Shown piece by piece: positions 10,870-21,751 of a stretch of DNA of 36,771 nt. Both the position numbers and the translations under genes were made by a program. Under the pieces are notes generated by a model, which was given only the letters and a program-made list of their open reading frames with translations, searched no databases and had not been told where the DNA came from. The number at the start of each line of letters is the position of its first letter. Within the stretch, counting starts at the first letter, position 1. This stretch comes from Chlorokybus atmophyticus (taxonomy: Eukaryota > Plantae > Mesostigma and Chlorokybus algae): positions 1 through 36,771 of the forward strand of contig RHPI01003467.1 of the NCBI GenBank assembly GCA_009103225.1, written 5' to 3'.

Positions 10870-12894
10870 TTATTGTTCGGTTTCAGCGTGCTGCCGCTCC
10901 AGCTCGCGAACTTGTTGCTGCAGCGAATTGATCTCCGCATCCAACTGTTGAGGCGTCTTCGCAGTGAACAGTTGGCCCCCCTGCAAGGCAGTCAGTAAGC
11001 AATGGGTTTGCGCGTGTTTTGCAATGCTGGCTATGGAAGGCGGAGGAAAGTATTCCGGTAAGGTTATGTCCACAATTAGCAAGCACTGTACCGCAGCCTT
11101 GACGTGGCGTGGCTTCAAGACTTGGTGCTTGGGACTATCAGTCTCTGCCAACAGACGGTTAGTCATGAGGGCACATGTCGCTTCAACGGCAGAAGCCAAT
11201 CACAGGTGATGATCTCAACTTGTGACAGGGCATGTTGCTCAAAACTAATGTTTGCCAAATCTGTCTTGAGATGTGACCCTTACCTTCAGGCAGCAGATGG
11301 CCGCTCCAGCCCGGGGAGATGTTGCTACCAGGAGCGAGTTTGTCCCGCGAGCATCCCGATTGCTTCTTTAGCCGCTCAAGTTCTGCGCGCTTTTCCTCCA
11401 GTTGCGCAGCAATGCCAGCCTGAGTTGGCTTTGGGGAAACTGGCAGTGCCGGTATTGCTTCCCCGACATCTGCCTCACAACTCGCTTCAGCATCACTGAG
11501 TATAGTAGTGGTACATGCATTATCAAAGTTGCAGTGTAGCTGCTTCAATGTAACTTGATTACGGCTTTCTGACCTGCTTGGAAGGGGCTTGGCACTTGCT
11601 CGTTGGTAGGAGTTGACTCGTGCATAAACGCATTGTCCTGTTCATCTCTACTTGGAGTGAAAAACCCATTCTGCGCTGTCTGCAAAGTCCATAGTTACTT
11701 TCCTTGTGTTGGCCACAGTCGAGCCTTGTGCAATGCATGCAGTGCCACAGAGGACAAGCGCATGCACAGCCAGCTTCATACCACGGTCTCCCTGTACGCA
11801 TCATCAAGCGGCAACGTTGACTCGTCCTCCGGCCATGTCCCTAATTGCTCTTGCAAGGGCGACGGTGCATGATACAAACTTTCCACTTCGTGCTGAGCTG
11901 TTGACGTAAGTGGTGGTATAGGCGCGATCGGTGTGGGGGAGTTGTCCATCACTAGCTCGTGCGCGGGTGTTGGTAACTGGCCTTTGAGAGGCATTGTTAC
12001 AGCCGGAGGCGGCGATGTGGAGGTCAGCTCAGCTGCGTTGGCCTTTGTCAACTCAGCACTTGCATGTTGTATCGGGCCAACATTGCCGTTGACCTTCACT
12101 GCCGGAACTGCTTTGATTGATGCGTTTGCGCTCTGCGTGCTTGCCTCGGCACTACTGTACTGTTGGCCATCCCGTGCGGCCAATTGATGGAGTACTTCCC
12201 GAAAGCGAGCCTTGTCATTGCTGCGCAGCACGTCATCTGGCTGAAGCATCGACTTCTTCTTTCGTGCAGACTTCCTCTGATCATCACCAAGCGCAATCTT
12301 GACAACCTTGGGCCAGACTTTCTTGATTGGCTTGTCACGTTCAGATATGAATCGCTCCTCAAGTTCACTGCAAGCAGCGCCGTATGAATAGTTTCCCCTT
12401 GTTTTCACTGTCCTTGTTGCCCGCAACAACGTCGCCGAATTTGTTGCGGGCAACAAGGACAATTGTATGTATAGTGTCCACAGCAGTCTAGTTCTATATG
12501 TGCATTGTATGGTTGTAAGTATGCGCTAGGTGGTAAGAATTGTCAGTAAACTTGAGCAGCAAATATGCTTACACGTTCAGCTCATGGCGGCCCTGAACTT
12601 GCTTTGTTCTGGACTCATATGTTCTGTTAAGGTCGGCGCATGCAGCCTCGGCCAAGCCCGCCTTTCTGGCTCGCTCTTTCTCAACCTGAGGAGCCGATGT
12701 GCAATGCAATGTCAGTGCGCTCATCTTGGCAATGCATGCAGCAGACTACTTGACATCTTGCAAACTGCTCTATGGCGTCAAGCAGCCTCATCAGGACTGC
12801 GTACCTGTGCCCTCATTGCTTCTTCGCGAGCCAACCGCCATTGCTGCAACTTCGACAAGGGTGCTGCTTCGGAGGCAACGTCCCCTTCATCCAT
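10870..12894 (-). CDS. CLC: Clathrin light chain-like protein with a long low-complexity and coiled-coil C-terminal extension (~434 aa)
   Basis: Phase-consistent exons: 12894-12805, 12685-12573, 12412-11782 (alternative acceptor near 12489), 11679-11574, 11484-11284, 11144-11092, 10980-10870. The N-terminal ~150 aa (PLSKLQQWRLAREEAMRAQVEKERARKAGLAEAACADLNRTYESRTKQVQ...ERFISERDKPIKKVWPKVVK...DKARFREVLHQL) follows the remembered clathrin light chain pattern: L-x-x-WR, a charged helix ending YE-x-R, a later W, and a terminal D-x-x-R-x-R-x-x-L-x-x-L. Confidence 0.65.
12409..12461. repeat. Perfect 21-bp inverted repeat with an 11-nt loop at the intron 2/exon 3 junction of the CLC-like gene
   Basis: TGTCCTTGTTGCCCGCAACAA (12409-12429) and TTGTTGCGGGCAACAAGGACA (12441-12461) are exact reverse complements. 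Confidence 0.97.
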
Positions 12895-13632
12895 AATAGA
12901 GCAAAGAAGGCACACACTGCTCACAACCAGTATGTCAAAGAAAGATACCTCTACATAGCTAACGACTGTCCAACTTGTTCCGAGGACACTCTCGGCACCA
13001 TCGGGTGATACCTCGCACATCACACCTAGACAGTCCATGTTGCTTGCTAACACGAGGCGTACTAATGTAAGACATAGCATGACGCAAGCTAGAACTGACC
13101 CTCAACCACATCCCCAGATGGTTTAGGCACTGGTGAGTGGGAGGTTCAAGTGAGCTGATACCGCCTCGAGGGCAACGCAACCAGGACACAGCAGATCAGC
13201 AGGTCCAGATCAGCAGGTCCAGAACATTGCGTAACCAAATCTTGGACAAACCAAGACCTTACAAAAAACTGCGGGGCACAGTGGTCTTGCTGCAACCAGC
13301 AACCGTCGCTTGCGAATAGGATGCTCGTGGGCAACAGCAACACTGGCACAACAACGAATTCACGCTTACACAATCAGTACGCTTCTGTGTTCGCGACGTG
13401 CCACGCTGCAGCAGCCGCCGCCGCCGCTGCCAACCGCTGCGACGCTCGCAGCTGCTGCCAGCTGGCAGGTTTGAGCACTGCTTACGTGTGAAAGAAAGCG
13501 AAGCGAAGCGGTGTCGCGCACTGCAGTCTGCCTATCATGCACCGCGCAAGGGCATACATTAGTATATATATATGCTTGTGCTGACGTAGATTGGCGCTCA
13601 GATTGGCGGCAAGTTGCTCGACATTGGCGGCA

Positions 13633-16003
13633 ATGGCGACGGTGGCGGTGGTGGTCGTAGCGGTGAGGTCTGCGGTGGCGACGCCTTGCTGCTGCTCCTC
13701 TAGCCAGGCACCGTCGTCGTCGTCAGCCAGGCGGGTGCCATCCCGCAGGGCGGTGGCCGTGAGGGCTCAGGGCACGGGCCGGGCAGGGAGCGCAGCGGCC
13801 GGCGCAGGAGCAAGTGAACACCGCTCTCCTCCAGCTTACTCCTACCGTCTGGCTGTGGGTTACACTGCGGGGGCTGCCGCCGGCCGATCTGCCGCACACG
13901 GCACGGGAGCTTCGACAGCCTTGGCCGCAGTGGAAGCAGCTGGGGGCAGCAGTCAAGCGCTGATCTTTGACTGTGATGGTGTCATCCTGGAGTCGGAGGA
14001 CTTGCATCGAAGGGCGTATAACGACGCATTCAAGGTAACTGAAGTCCAGCCATTCGATGAAATCGGCTATGGGTATAGGAAATTCGATTTGCGGTCTAAG
14101 CGCAGGCAGCAGCACTTGCAGCACTGGTCAAACATAGTTGCAGCTGTGGTCGGTTGCTACAAGTACTGTTGTAAAGTGTTCGCTATGCATTTGCTGAAAC
14201 TTGTCACGTAGCCAAACTGACAGCGGTTTTATTGCAGCATTTCGATGTAGTCTGTCCGGAGGGCTACAGGAACCCATCAACCGGTGCCACGGAGTGGACA
14301 GAAGACTTTTATGATGACTTGCAGAACAGAGTTGGTGGAGGGAAGCCAAAGATGAGATGGTTCGCCAACAGCTGCGCTGTCTGCGCGTCTACGCCTGCAG
14401 TGCACGTACGACCCGTGCTGACTGGGTGATGGTGCTGGTCAACAGGTACTTCAGCTCATACGGCTGGCCAACTTCCAAGGCAGGGCCAGCACCCACCACT
14501 CAAGAGCAGCAAGATAGTTTGATTGACCTCCTGCAGGTAACAGGCAGCCATACATGTGAAGTTGTATTGCGTGTACGTGTTTCTGTGCGCATGCGCTTGG
14601 GTGCAGTTACTGTGTCTGTACATTGCAAATATACACAAGCATGTCCCTATGTGCCCGTGTGGGTAACATCTGTACATACCGACATGGCTGTGTTCAACTC
14701 TGGTTCCAATTGCTACTGCAGGACTGGAAGACGTCAAGATACCAGCAAATCATTGCAGGAGGGGAGGTCCGTGAACAGCTTGGGAACAGCTTATTATTTG
14801 CATGGTTACAGTGGCACGAATTGTACGATGCTTGTGTCCTACTCTCTGACATCATATGTGCAGGTGCAAGCCAGACCTGGCATTGTGCAGCTGATAGATG
14901 AAGCCTTTGAGAAGGTGTGTTCTGTTGCGCTTGGTGTTGCCCAGCAGCCTGTACGGTGAAACTGATTGAGATTTGCGGCAATCAGGGTGTCAAGGTGGCA
15001 GTCTGCTCAGCAGCAACAAAGAGCTCAGTGATATTTGTATTGTCCAATCTGCTTGGTCAGGTATGTCATAAGCTGCATGCAACACATGTGGTACAGCATT
15101 TGGTACCACCCGCATGACTCATGATGGGGCCTAAATCTCAGGATCGCTTCAATCGACTTGACTGCTTTCTGGCTGGTATTGTACTCTACAAGTGGTTGTA
15201 TGGTGGGTTGATGGTGGCAGGTTAAGTTGCATTGATATCGCTGGTACTTTTCAGGGGATGATGTTGACAAGAAGAAGCCTGACCCCAAAATCTACAAAGT
15301 TGCCGCAAAGGTGAGTTTTTTCGGTCTGGTCGTTGAGATGCGTACTCGAAGGAGCTTAGGCTGAATCATTGTGCTTTTGTACCCAGCACCTCGGCGTGGA
15401 TCCTGCCAGCTGTGTTGTTGTAGAGGACAGCCTGATTGGCTTGCAGGTAATGACCTGTATCTGGTACGTTTCAAAAAGTGGGTTGTCAGTACTCCATCAA
15501 TCTTACCGCTACAGCTACACGCAAGCTCACACCAGCAAAGATGCAGCACAGTCAGGATGCCTGCCTTGTTCTCTACCGCTGCACAACACCAAATCGTACC
15601 ATGAATTGCGTTACAGGCAGCCAAAGGTGCAGGCATGCGGTGTGTGATCACATACACATCCTCTACACGCAATCAGGTGAGCTGTTGTTGACAATCGGGG
15701 ACTACTACTATTCTTGAAGGTTCAGTGCAAACTCTTGTTGCCACTCGCAGGACTTCTCTCCGGCAGATTTGGTGCTCCCTGAGATTGGCAACACAAGGTA
15801 TGCAGATAGAGATGCTTTGTTCACAATGTCAAGCTTGAAACTTGCCATCATGCGCATGTTGTTCACAATGTCAAGCTTGAAACTTGCCATCATGCGCATG
15901 TGCGAGCTTGCGCACAACCCCAAGCTGAATACCTTGTTTGACTGTTTCACACAGGCTTTCCGAGCTCATGAAATTGGCAGACAGTAGGCCAGCATTGGCC
16001 TAG
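13633..16003 (+). CDS. CBBY: Plastid-targeted CbbY-family HAD-superfamily sugar phosphatase (closest in my memory to the Arabidopsis At4g39970 type)
   Basis: Exons: 13633-14034, 14238-14359, 14446-14536, 14722-14766, 14864-14914, 14986-15060, 15142-15175, 15255-15310, 15387-15446, 15617-15676, 15751-15797, 15955-16003; all phases are consistent. HAD motifs: ALIFDCDGVILESEDLHRRAYNDAF, VGGGKPKMRWYF, VAVCSAA, GDDVDKKKPDPKIY, CVVVEDSLIGLQAAKGAGM. The N-terminus is Ser/Ala/Arg-rich, like a transit peptide. Confidence 0.93.
15817..15900. repeat. Exact 42-bp tandem duplication (2 copies) in the last intron of the HAD phosphatase gene
   Basis: TTGTTCACAATGTCAAGCTTGAAACTTGCCATCATGCGCATG at 15817-15858 and again at 15859-15900. 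Confidence 0.95.
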
Positions 16004-17168
16004 TAACAACACACAGCAAGCCCACGGCTTGCTGTACTGGCAATTGCAAGGTTTAATTTGGACCACAAGAGATATACATGTGCCGCCGTGATGGCAGCTG
16101 TTGCAGTAACAGGGATAGCATTAGTGATAGGCCTACAACAGGCTGTTGTGTTGTTTTGTTAGCGGTGTGAGTGCGGATCACTATTTGGTGGTCAGCCACC
16201 TTGGAAAGCATAGCCATTTTGCGTTAGCTCGTTATTGTAAAGCATGTCCTCAGCCCATATCACAACCATGCACACATGCAGGATTTTGCACTTGCGCATG
16301 CTCAATTTGTAAATTTGTCGTAGGCGAGTGCCACATTGCAAACCGCATTGGACAGGGCAGAGGTCATGGTATTTCATGCACACAGGTGTGCGCACAGGCA
16401 AGGATTGTGTACATGCTATACGACGCGCTGTGCACGCGCAACACCATGCAACATGCACACCACTCGAGCATTGCATGCATACCCGCAAAGTGACAATGTC
16501 TAGGCTTGTCTGTAGCCCAAATGCAAAGCAATAGCAAAAGAGAAACAATGCCATCAAGGCAAAGACCAAGCACGGCAAGGACTTAATTACAGCAGGGGCA
16601 ATGAAAGACTACAACTACTGTGCACTGTCTCAGTGCGTGCAAGTGGGGCGGAGGGACAAGAGGCAGCAGCAGCAAGTAGCAGCAGGCATTGGGTTGTCTG
16701 TCAGGACAACCTCTGCTGGGCCAGCCTCCTGAGACGTAGTTGTCCCTTCCATGCACCATCAAGGTCCATGAGACAGTTGTCCCTTCACAAGGACCATCAA
16801 GTCCATGTGAAGGGGCATCGCTGTCTGCGTTGCCAACACTAGTCTGCCAACATTACGAAGCAAATGGAATGTAACACGAGCGCAACCGCAGCATATGCAC
16901 CATGACCCCCGCGAGCGCAAACCTCAGCAGTTGCAGAGCACGCTGTGACGCTAGATTTCCAACTCAAACCCGTCCACAGACTCCTAGGCGGACTTCACAA
17001 GCAAATCACCATGGTGAACTGCAAGTACAACACCTTCATTGTTGCGCCATGCCAAGCATAAGCCTCATGCGCAGCCATACAACAAAGCAAAGCCATGGCA
17101 AAACTCTACTCAGAATCAACCTAACCTCCACCGCATGCAACGGAGGAAGCTGCCTGACACCACAACTG

Positions 17169-19620
17169 TCACTTAGACGCGCTGCGCAGATACTCCGTCC
17201 AGTACTCCAAACCTCCAATCTCAATGAGTTGGTTCTGAATCTCTTCAAAAGACTGATCATGTTTCAGATCAAAGCGCCCTTTCTGAATGACTGTCACCTT
17301 CATGCCGGCTGTCTCAGCCAATTCCTTCAATTCCTGCAGGCAAACACATATCGACTTTACGACATCACACACATTGCCACATCACAGCTACCAATATGTT
17401 GTGCACACACGCACGCACACATGTACACAAGGGCCCCGCACCCGCACGCGTACACGCACGAGCACACGCATACCTTCGGGTCAACTCCTCGGCATTCGGG
17501 CATTCCTCTCAGCATTTCAACGTGCCGCCGCAGCAGCCACTTGAAAGCCTCCGCGTCATTGCGATCCTCAAATGCGATCACGTGGGGCTTGCGCTCGCCC
17601 GTTGCGGACATGTCCAACGAGTAGTAGCCGCCGGCACCAGAGATGAAGATGACCTGATAAACCCAACATATCTTATCACAGTGTTCTCCACCCAACATCT
17701 GTTCACCAGTCTCATTTGATACATAGTCCAAAAAATTACAGAAGAACCAATGGTTTTTGTGGTGGTTAACAATAGTAGTGTATTGCAAATGCGACCACCT
17801 ACACAGACAAACTTCAAGTCCAGCCACCAGTCAGGATTCTCCCTTTCATATTTCCTAAACTGGAAAGCGAGACAGTAATCAGTGCCAACCACTCAGCGCT
17901 GCGGTCAGTCGGAAGCACGGCTTCATGATGGAAAGTTATATAACACGAGTCGCCCGCTTCATGACATAATGCGGTGGAGATATGTTACAACACATACCTG
18001 CATGTCCGCTTTCTGGCGCATGGCTTCATCAACCTGCCGCTGCAAATAGGCCTCCCATTCAGGGTCAGCTTTCGGTTCTGGCCGAGATTTCTCACCACTC
18101 AAGGGCAGACTGCTGCTGCTGCTGCTGCTTTCAGCCTGCTCTGAACTAGCTATCCGCTCTTCCTTCTCCTTGTCGTCTTCCTCCTCCTCCTCCTCCTCCT
18201 CCTTGTCCTTCACCTTCTCTTGTGCTCTCATTCTCAAAGCCTCCGTGCTTCGCTTCAGATCCGCAATCGCCTCAAGCTGAAGCTCTCCCTCCCTTTCGGC
18301 CTTGACAATCGATGATGGGGATGCTGATGGTAATGGTGATAGAGATGATGGTAATGATGGTGCGCCCTGCGGGCCTTCTTCTTGGTCTCTTCCTTCTTCA
18401 CTTTCTGCAACACTTACCAAGACTGAGTGACTTTGTTCATAGCCTAACAGCGGTATAACACAGCTAGTAACCGAAACTGCTATTGTCACTGTCACATACA
18501 ATTCATAGCTGTCCGGAGTATCAATCACGTTTCACCTTGTAGGCATACCACAGGTATACAATTTTGCGTTTTTGTATTGTACGCACGCGCGTGTATGCAT
18601 GTGTACGTGTGCTTGTCAAAACATGGTGTAGCTGTTGAGCGCTTACCCACAACAGTGCGCGTGTCTTGCGTGCTGCTTAACTCGCCTTCGCCAACATTGA
18701 CTACGCTTTCTACTCTTTGTTCTTCTTCTTGTGTCAATGAGGGTTGAGTTGGAGGAGAGTTCCTCAAAGCCTCGCGTTCCGCTTGCATGCGCCGCAGCAG
18801 CCACGCAACGGACCAAAGCACAACGGCCCACAAACCCACCCACACCGCCAGCTGGCCCTGTCAGCATAAAGGCAAGAATCAACCACGAAAGGAAAGCAAG
18901 CACGTGCGTGTGAAAGGGTCCAGAATGCATGTGCATGAAACAACTGGCTAAAGCAGGTCACACGCGCAAGCATGCGCATGCATGAGCAGGCACACATGCA
19001 CGCACACGCGCATGCGCATGCACCCACACAAGCACACGCTGTGCGCGCGCATGCACATGCATGAGCGCATGCGTGCGTGCAAACAGACTTGCACGCACAG
19101 CGGAAGACCCTGTATACACGCATGCATGCATGGCAAGCAAGTAACTAAGGCATGTACCGGCTTTTTCCAGTAGGAAGGCGGAGGTGGATCGGCTTCAGGC
19201 GGAGAGGTTGAGGTGACATGCTTTTGATTTGATGATGCAGAAGGCTGAAAACTTGCTGAAGATTGTGTAGACGAAGAAGATGAAGAAGTTGATGATGATG
19301 ATGATGATGTGCCGGCGGCAGCAACAGTGCAATGCCTTGGTTTCCTGCTTGCTCTCTGAGCTCGCCAAAGGCAGGGTTTGTGCAGTACAAAAGCTTCGCT
19401 TTGTCTGCATGAACGATCAGATATCAAACCCTATTTGAGGAAGAGAAGCCTGCAATGCTCCAAGCATGCATGCTGCCTCAGGCCAATCGCTCTGAGCATG
19501 CAAGCGGCGCCCACACCTGCAGCGCCTCCTCAACACCAGCAGCGACTCCCTCGTCCAGCCCTCCAGGCACAACGCCGCCCCGGGCCCGCCCACCGCCGTC
19601 GCTGCCGCTGCCGCCGCCAT
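17169..19620 (-). CDS. EMB1703: EMB1703 (At3g61780)-like chloroplast membrane protein of unknown function (~456 aa)
   Basis: Exons: 19620-19517, 19404-19158, 18857-18647, 18404-17998, 17859-17803, 17653-17474, 17333-17169; phases are consistent. The C-terminus (NPDWWLDLKFVC...GGYYSLDM...HVIAFEDRNDAEAF...VDPKELKELAETAGMKVTVIQKGRFDLKHDQSFEEIQNQLIEIG) matches my memory of the conserved EMB1703 C-terminal domain. There is one TM segment (LAVWVGLWAVVLWSVAWLL) and a Ser-rich N-terminus like a transit peptide. Confidence 0.8.
18950..19140. repeat. Alternating purine-pyrimidine compound microsatellite (CA/CG/TG-rich) in an intron of the EMB1703-like gene
   Basis: Sequence such as GCATGCGCATGCATGAGCAGGCACACATGCACGCACACGCGCATGCGCATGCAC... 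is seen directly. Confidence 0.8.
19426..19433 (+). promoter_or_regulatory. Telo-box (AAACCCTA) in the first intron of the EMB1703-like gene
   Basis: Exact AAACCCTA octamer. Regulatory function is inferred from known plant telo-boxes. Confidence 0.4.
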
Positions 19621-20028
19621 GTCGCCGACACTCTTGGCCACTGTGGTTGACGGTTGTAGTTGACAAGTTTAGTTCACTTGCTGGCAAATCAGTTCACTCA
19701 ACCAGTCGAAACACATAGTGATAGGTCTGACACTCAGTTCACAACTCGCGGGAAAGCGCGTAACAAGCAAATGGTTCATTCGCTTTCCCGCCTTTGCGAT
19801 TGAAATCAATGTTGTTGTTAGGCACTCAGGCGTTGCTGGCGGCGGCGACGGCGGCGGTGTTGTCGTGGTCGTCGTTGTCATCACTCCCTTGGGTTAGCTG
19901 CTTGTGCTTGTCGTCATCTTCGTCGTGAACCTCGTGGCTGGCGGGCTGCTTGGCAGCGGCGGAGGTGCCTATGTGCGGCAGGGGCGTAGTTGAGGGCAGC
20001 AAGCTGGCAGAGAAGGATTAAATAGAGG

Positions 20029-20102
20029 CTTAGGGTTGGGACTTTGGGCTTAGAGTTAGGTTTGTACACATAAGCGTTGGTTTTCTATACGGGTTTGTAG
20101 GG
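20029..20102 (+). promoter_or_regulatory. Degenerate telomere-like (TTAGGG/TTTAGGG-type) tract immediately upstream of the ASF1 start codon
   Basis: CTTAGGG-TTGGG-ACTTTGGG-CTTAGAG-TTAGGTTT ... CGGGTTTGTAGGG, directly followed by ATG. Confidence 0.5.
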
Positions 20103-21097
20103 ATGATACCTATAAACGTCACGAATGTGGGTGTGCTGGACAACCCTACAGGGTTCATGAGCCCATTCCAGTTTGACATCTCATACGACTGCCTGACCGA
20201 CCTGCAAAACGGTACGCTTGTTGTTGCAAAGCTTCACCATAAGTCCTGTTCTCATCACGCAGCAAACGTGATGTCCAAAGCAATGTTGTTATGCATAATG
20301 ATCAGTTATGCGCGTGTTGTTATCCATAATGTGTTCCATCAACGCGTGCGTTTTGTCGCATTATTGTGTGTGCAGATCTGGAATGGAAAATCACGTACGT
20401 GGGGTGTGCGGAGGACACGAGGTTTGACCAAGTGCTCGACAGCGTCATGGTTGGGCCTGTAAGGGTTGGCAGCTATCGCTTTGTGTTTCAGGTGCCCAGT
20501 GTTACTTGATAAAGTTTGTCTACAAGCGTGCATATGTTTGTGATCTCACCCCTGATTGCGTGTACAAGTGTGGGTGCGTGCGCGCCGCCACATGCGTATA
20601 ATCTCACCTCTTGTTTTGTGTACTGCGCGCACACACATGCAACAGGGGGCGCATGCATGTAATGCAATCTCGCTCCCAATGTGTATATGTGTGTGCGCAT
20701 GCGTGTGCGATGCTTGCACGCATGCAATCTCACCTCCTTGTGTGTGACTGTGCAGACGGATGCTCCTGACCCTACGAGGATACCAGTGGCTGATTTGGTG
20801 GGCGTGACGGTGTTGCTGTTGACGTGTTCGTACAACGAGCAGGAGTTTCTGCGCGTCGGCTACTACGTCAATAACGAGTACACTGAGGAGGAGCTGAGGG
20901 AAAACCCTCCCGAAACGCCGATCCTCGACAAGGTCCAACGTAACATCCTCGCCGACAAGCCCCGCGTGACCAAATTCCCTGTCAAGTTCGACGAGCCGCC
21001 TGACGAACCGAAAATCAACATCAACACTGACCCCGCTGCAGAGTTGCAACAATCTGAGCTGGATGACACGGCTGTGTTTGTGTCCGCTGAATCGTGA
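20103..21097 (+). CDS. ASF1: Histone H3-H4 chaperone ASF1
   Basis: Exons: 20103-20211, 20376-20491, 20756-21097. The translation has INVTNVGVLDNP..F..PFQFDISYDCL..LQNDLEWKITYVGCAED..FDQVLDSVMVGPV..G.YRFVFQTDAPDP..IP..DLVGVTVLLLTCSY..QEFLRVGYYVNNEY...ELRENPP....LDKVQRNILADKPRVTKFP, the canonical ASF1 core. Confidence 0.98.
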
Positions 21098-21751
21098 CAG
21101 GGAGCTTGCGGGTGATTAAGGTGTTGTGTGCGTGTTGTGTCCAAGCGGTTGGCTGCAGCGCACGTGGCTTTGAGCGCTTGCGCAGCACTTGAAAGCAGTA
21201 GATTGAACTGATAGATTGACAAAGAAGGACCACTTGTATATTAACAGTGCAAGAGCGCTATGCTGCCAGGAGACTGTCATTGATTGTTGGGATGTGTGTC
21301 GGCAGGTACGCCCACACACGCATGACATGCTTGGTTAAGACAGTATGAATTTTGAAACAATGGGTGTGTACAGTGGATTTGCAGGTGTAGTCAAGTTGTA
21401 GATACAAACACCAAGACATTGACGCATACTCAATCTCACAAACGCGTTGTTTATGTAGGAAAGCCCTAGCCAACGGGGGACTGCTACAACAATCAACATC
21501 GACAACTAAGTGCATGCAAGCAGGGACCGCGAGAAGCAACACAGGGCCCAGTCTACACAGCAGTGCTTTGCACAGATCATGCAGTCAGTAGAACTGACTA
21601 ACCGCCATGATCAAGATGAATATTGAATGTCTCAACTGTACACAGCATGGACCAGCCCAAACTCTACAATCAATGACACAGACAGCATGCCACAGTCCTT
21701 GCACTCTATTTATTATACGACACACACTGGAACTAAGAGCCAAGGGGGCCA

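Noticed and set aside
11092-11144. LKPRHVKAA, resembling the histone-fold 'PRH' motif
   Set aside because: The match is only a few residues inside a small exon, with no surrounding histone-fold helices; the gene is better explained as CLC-like.
19669-19990. GC-rich ORF-like stretch (poly-T/P or D-rich frames) between the EMB1703-like and ASF1 genes
   Set aside because: There is no convincing ATG-initiated spliced ORF. It resembles the GCG-rich 5' UTR and promoter sequence seen at other gene starts.
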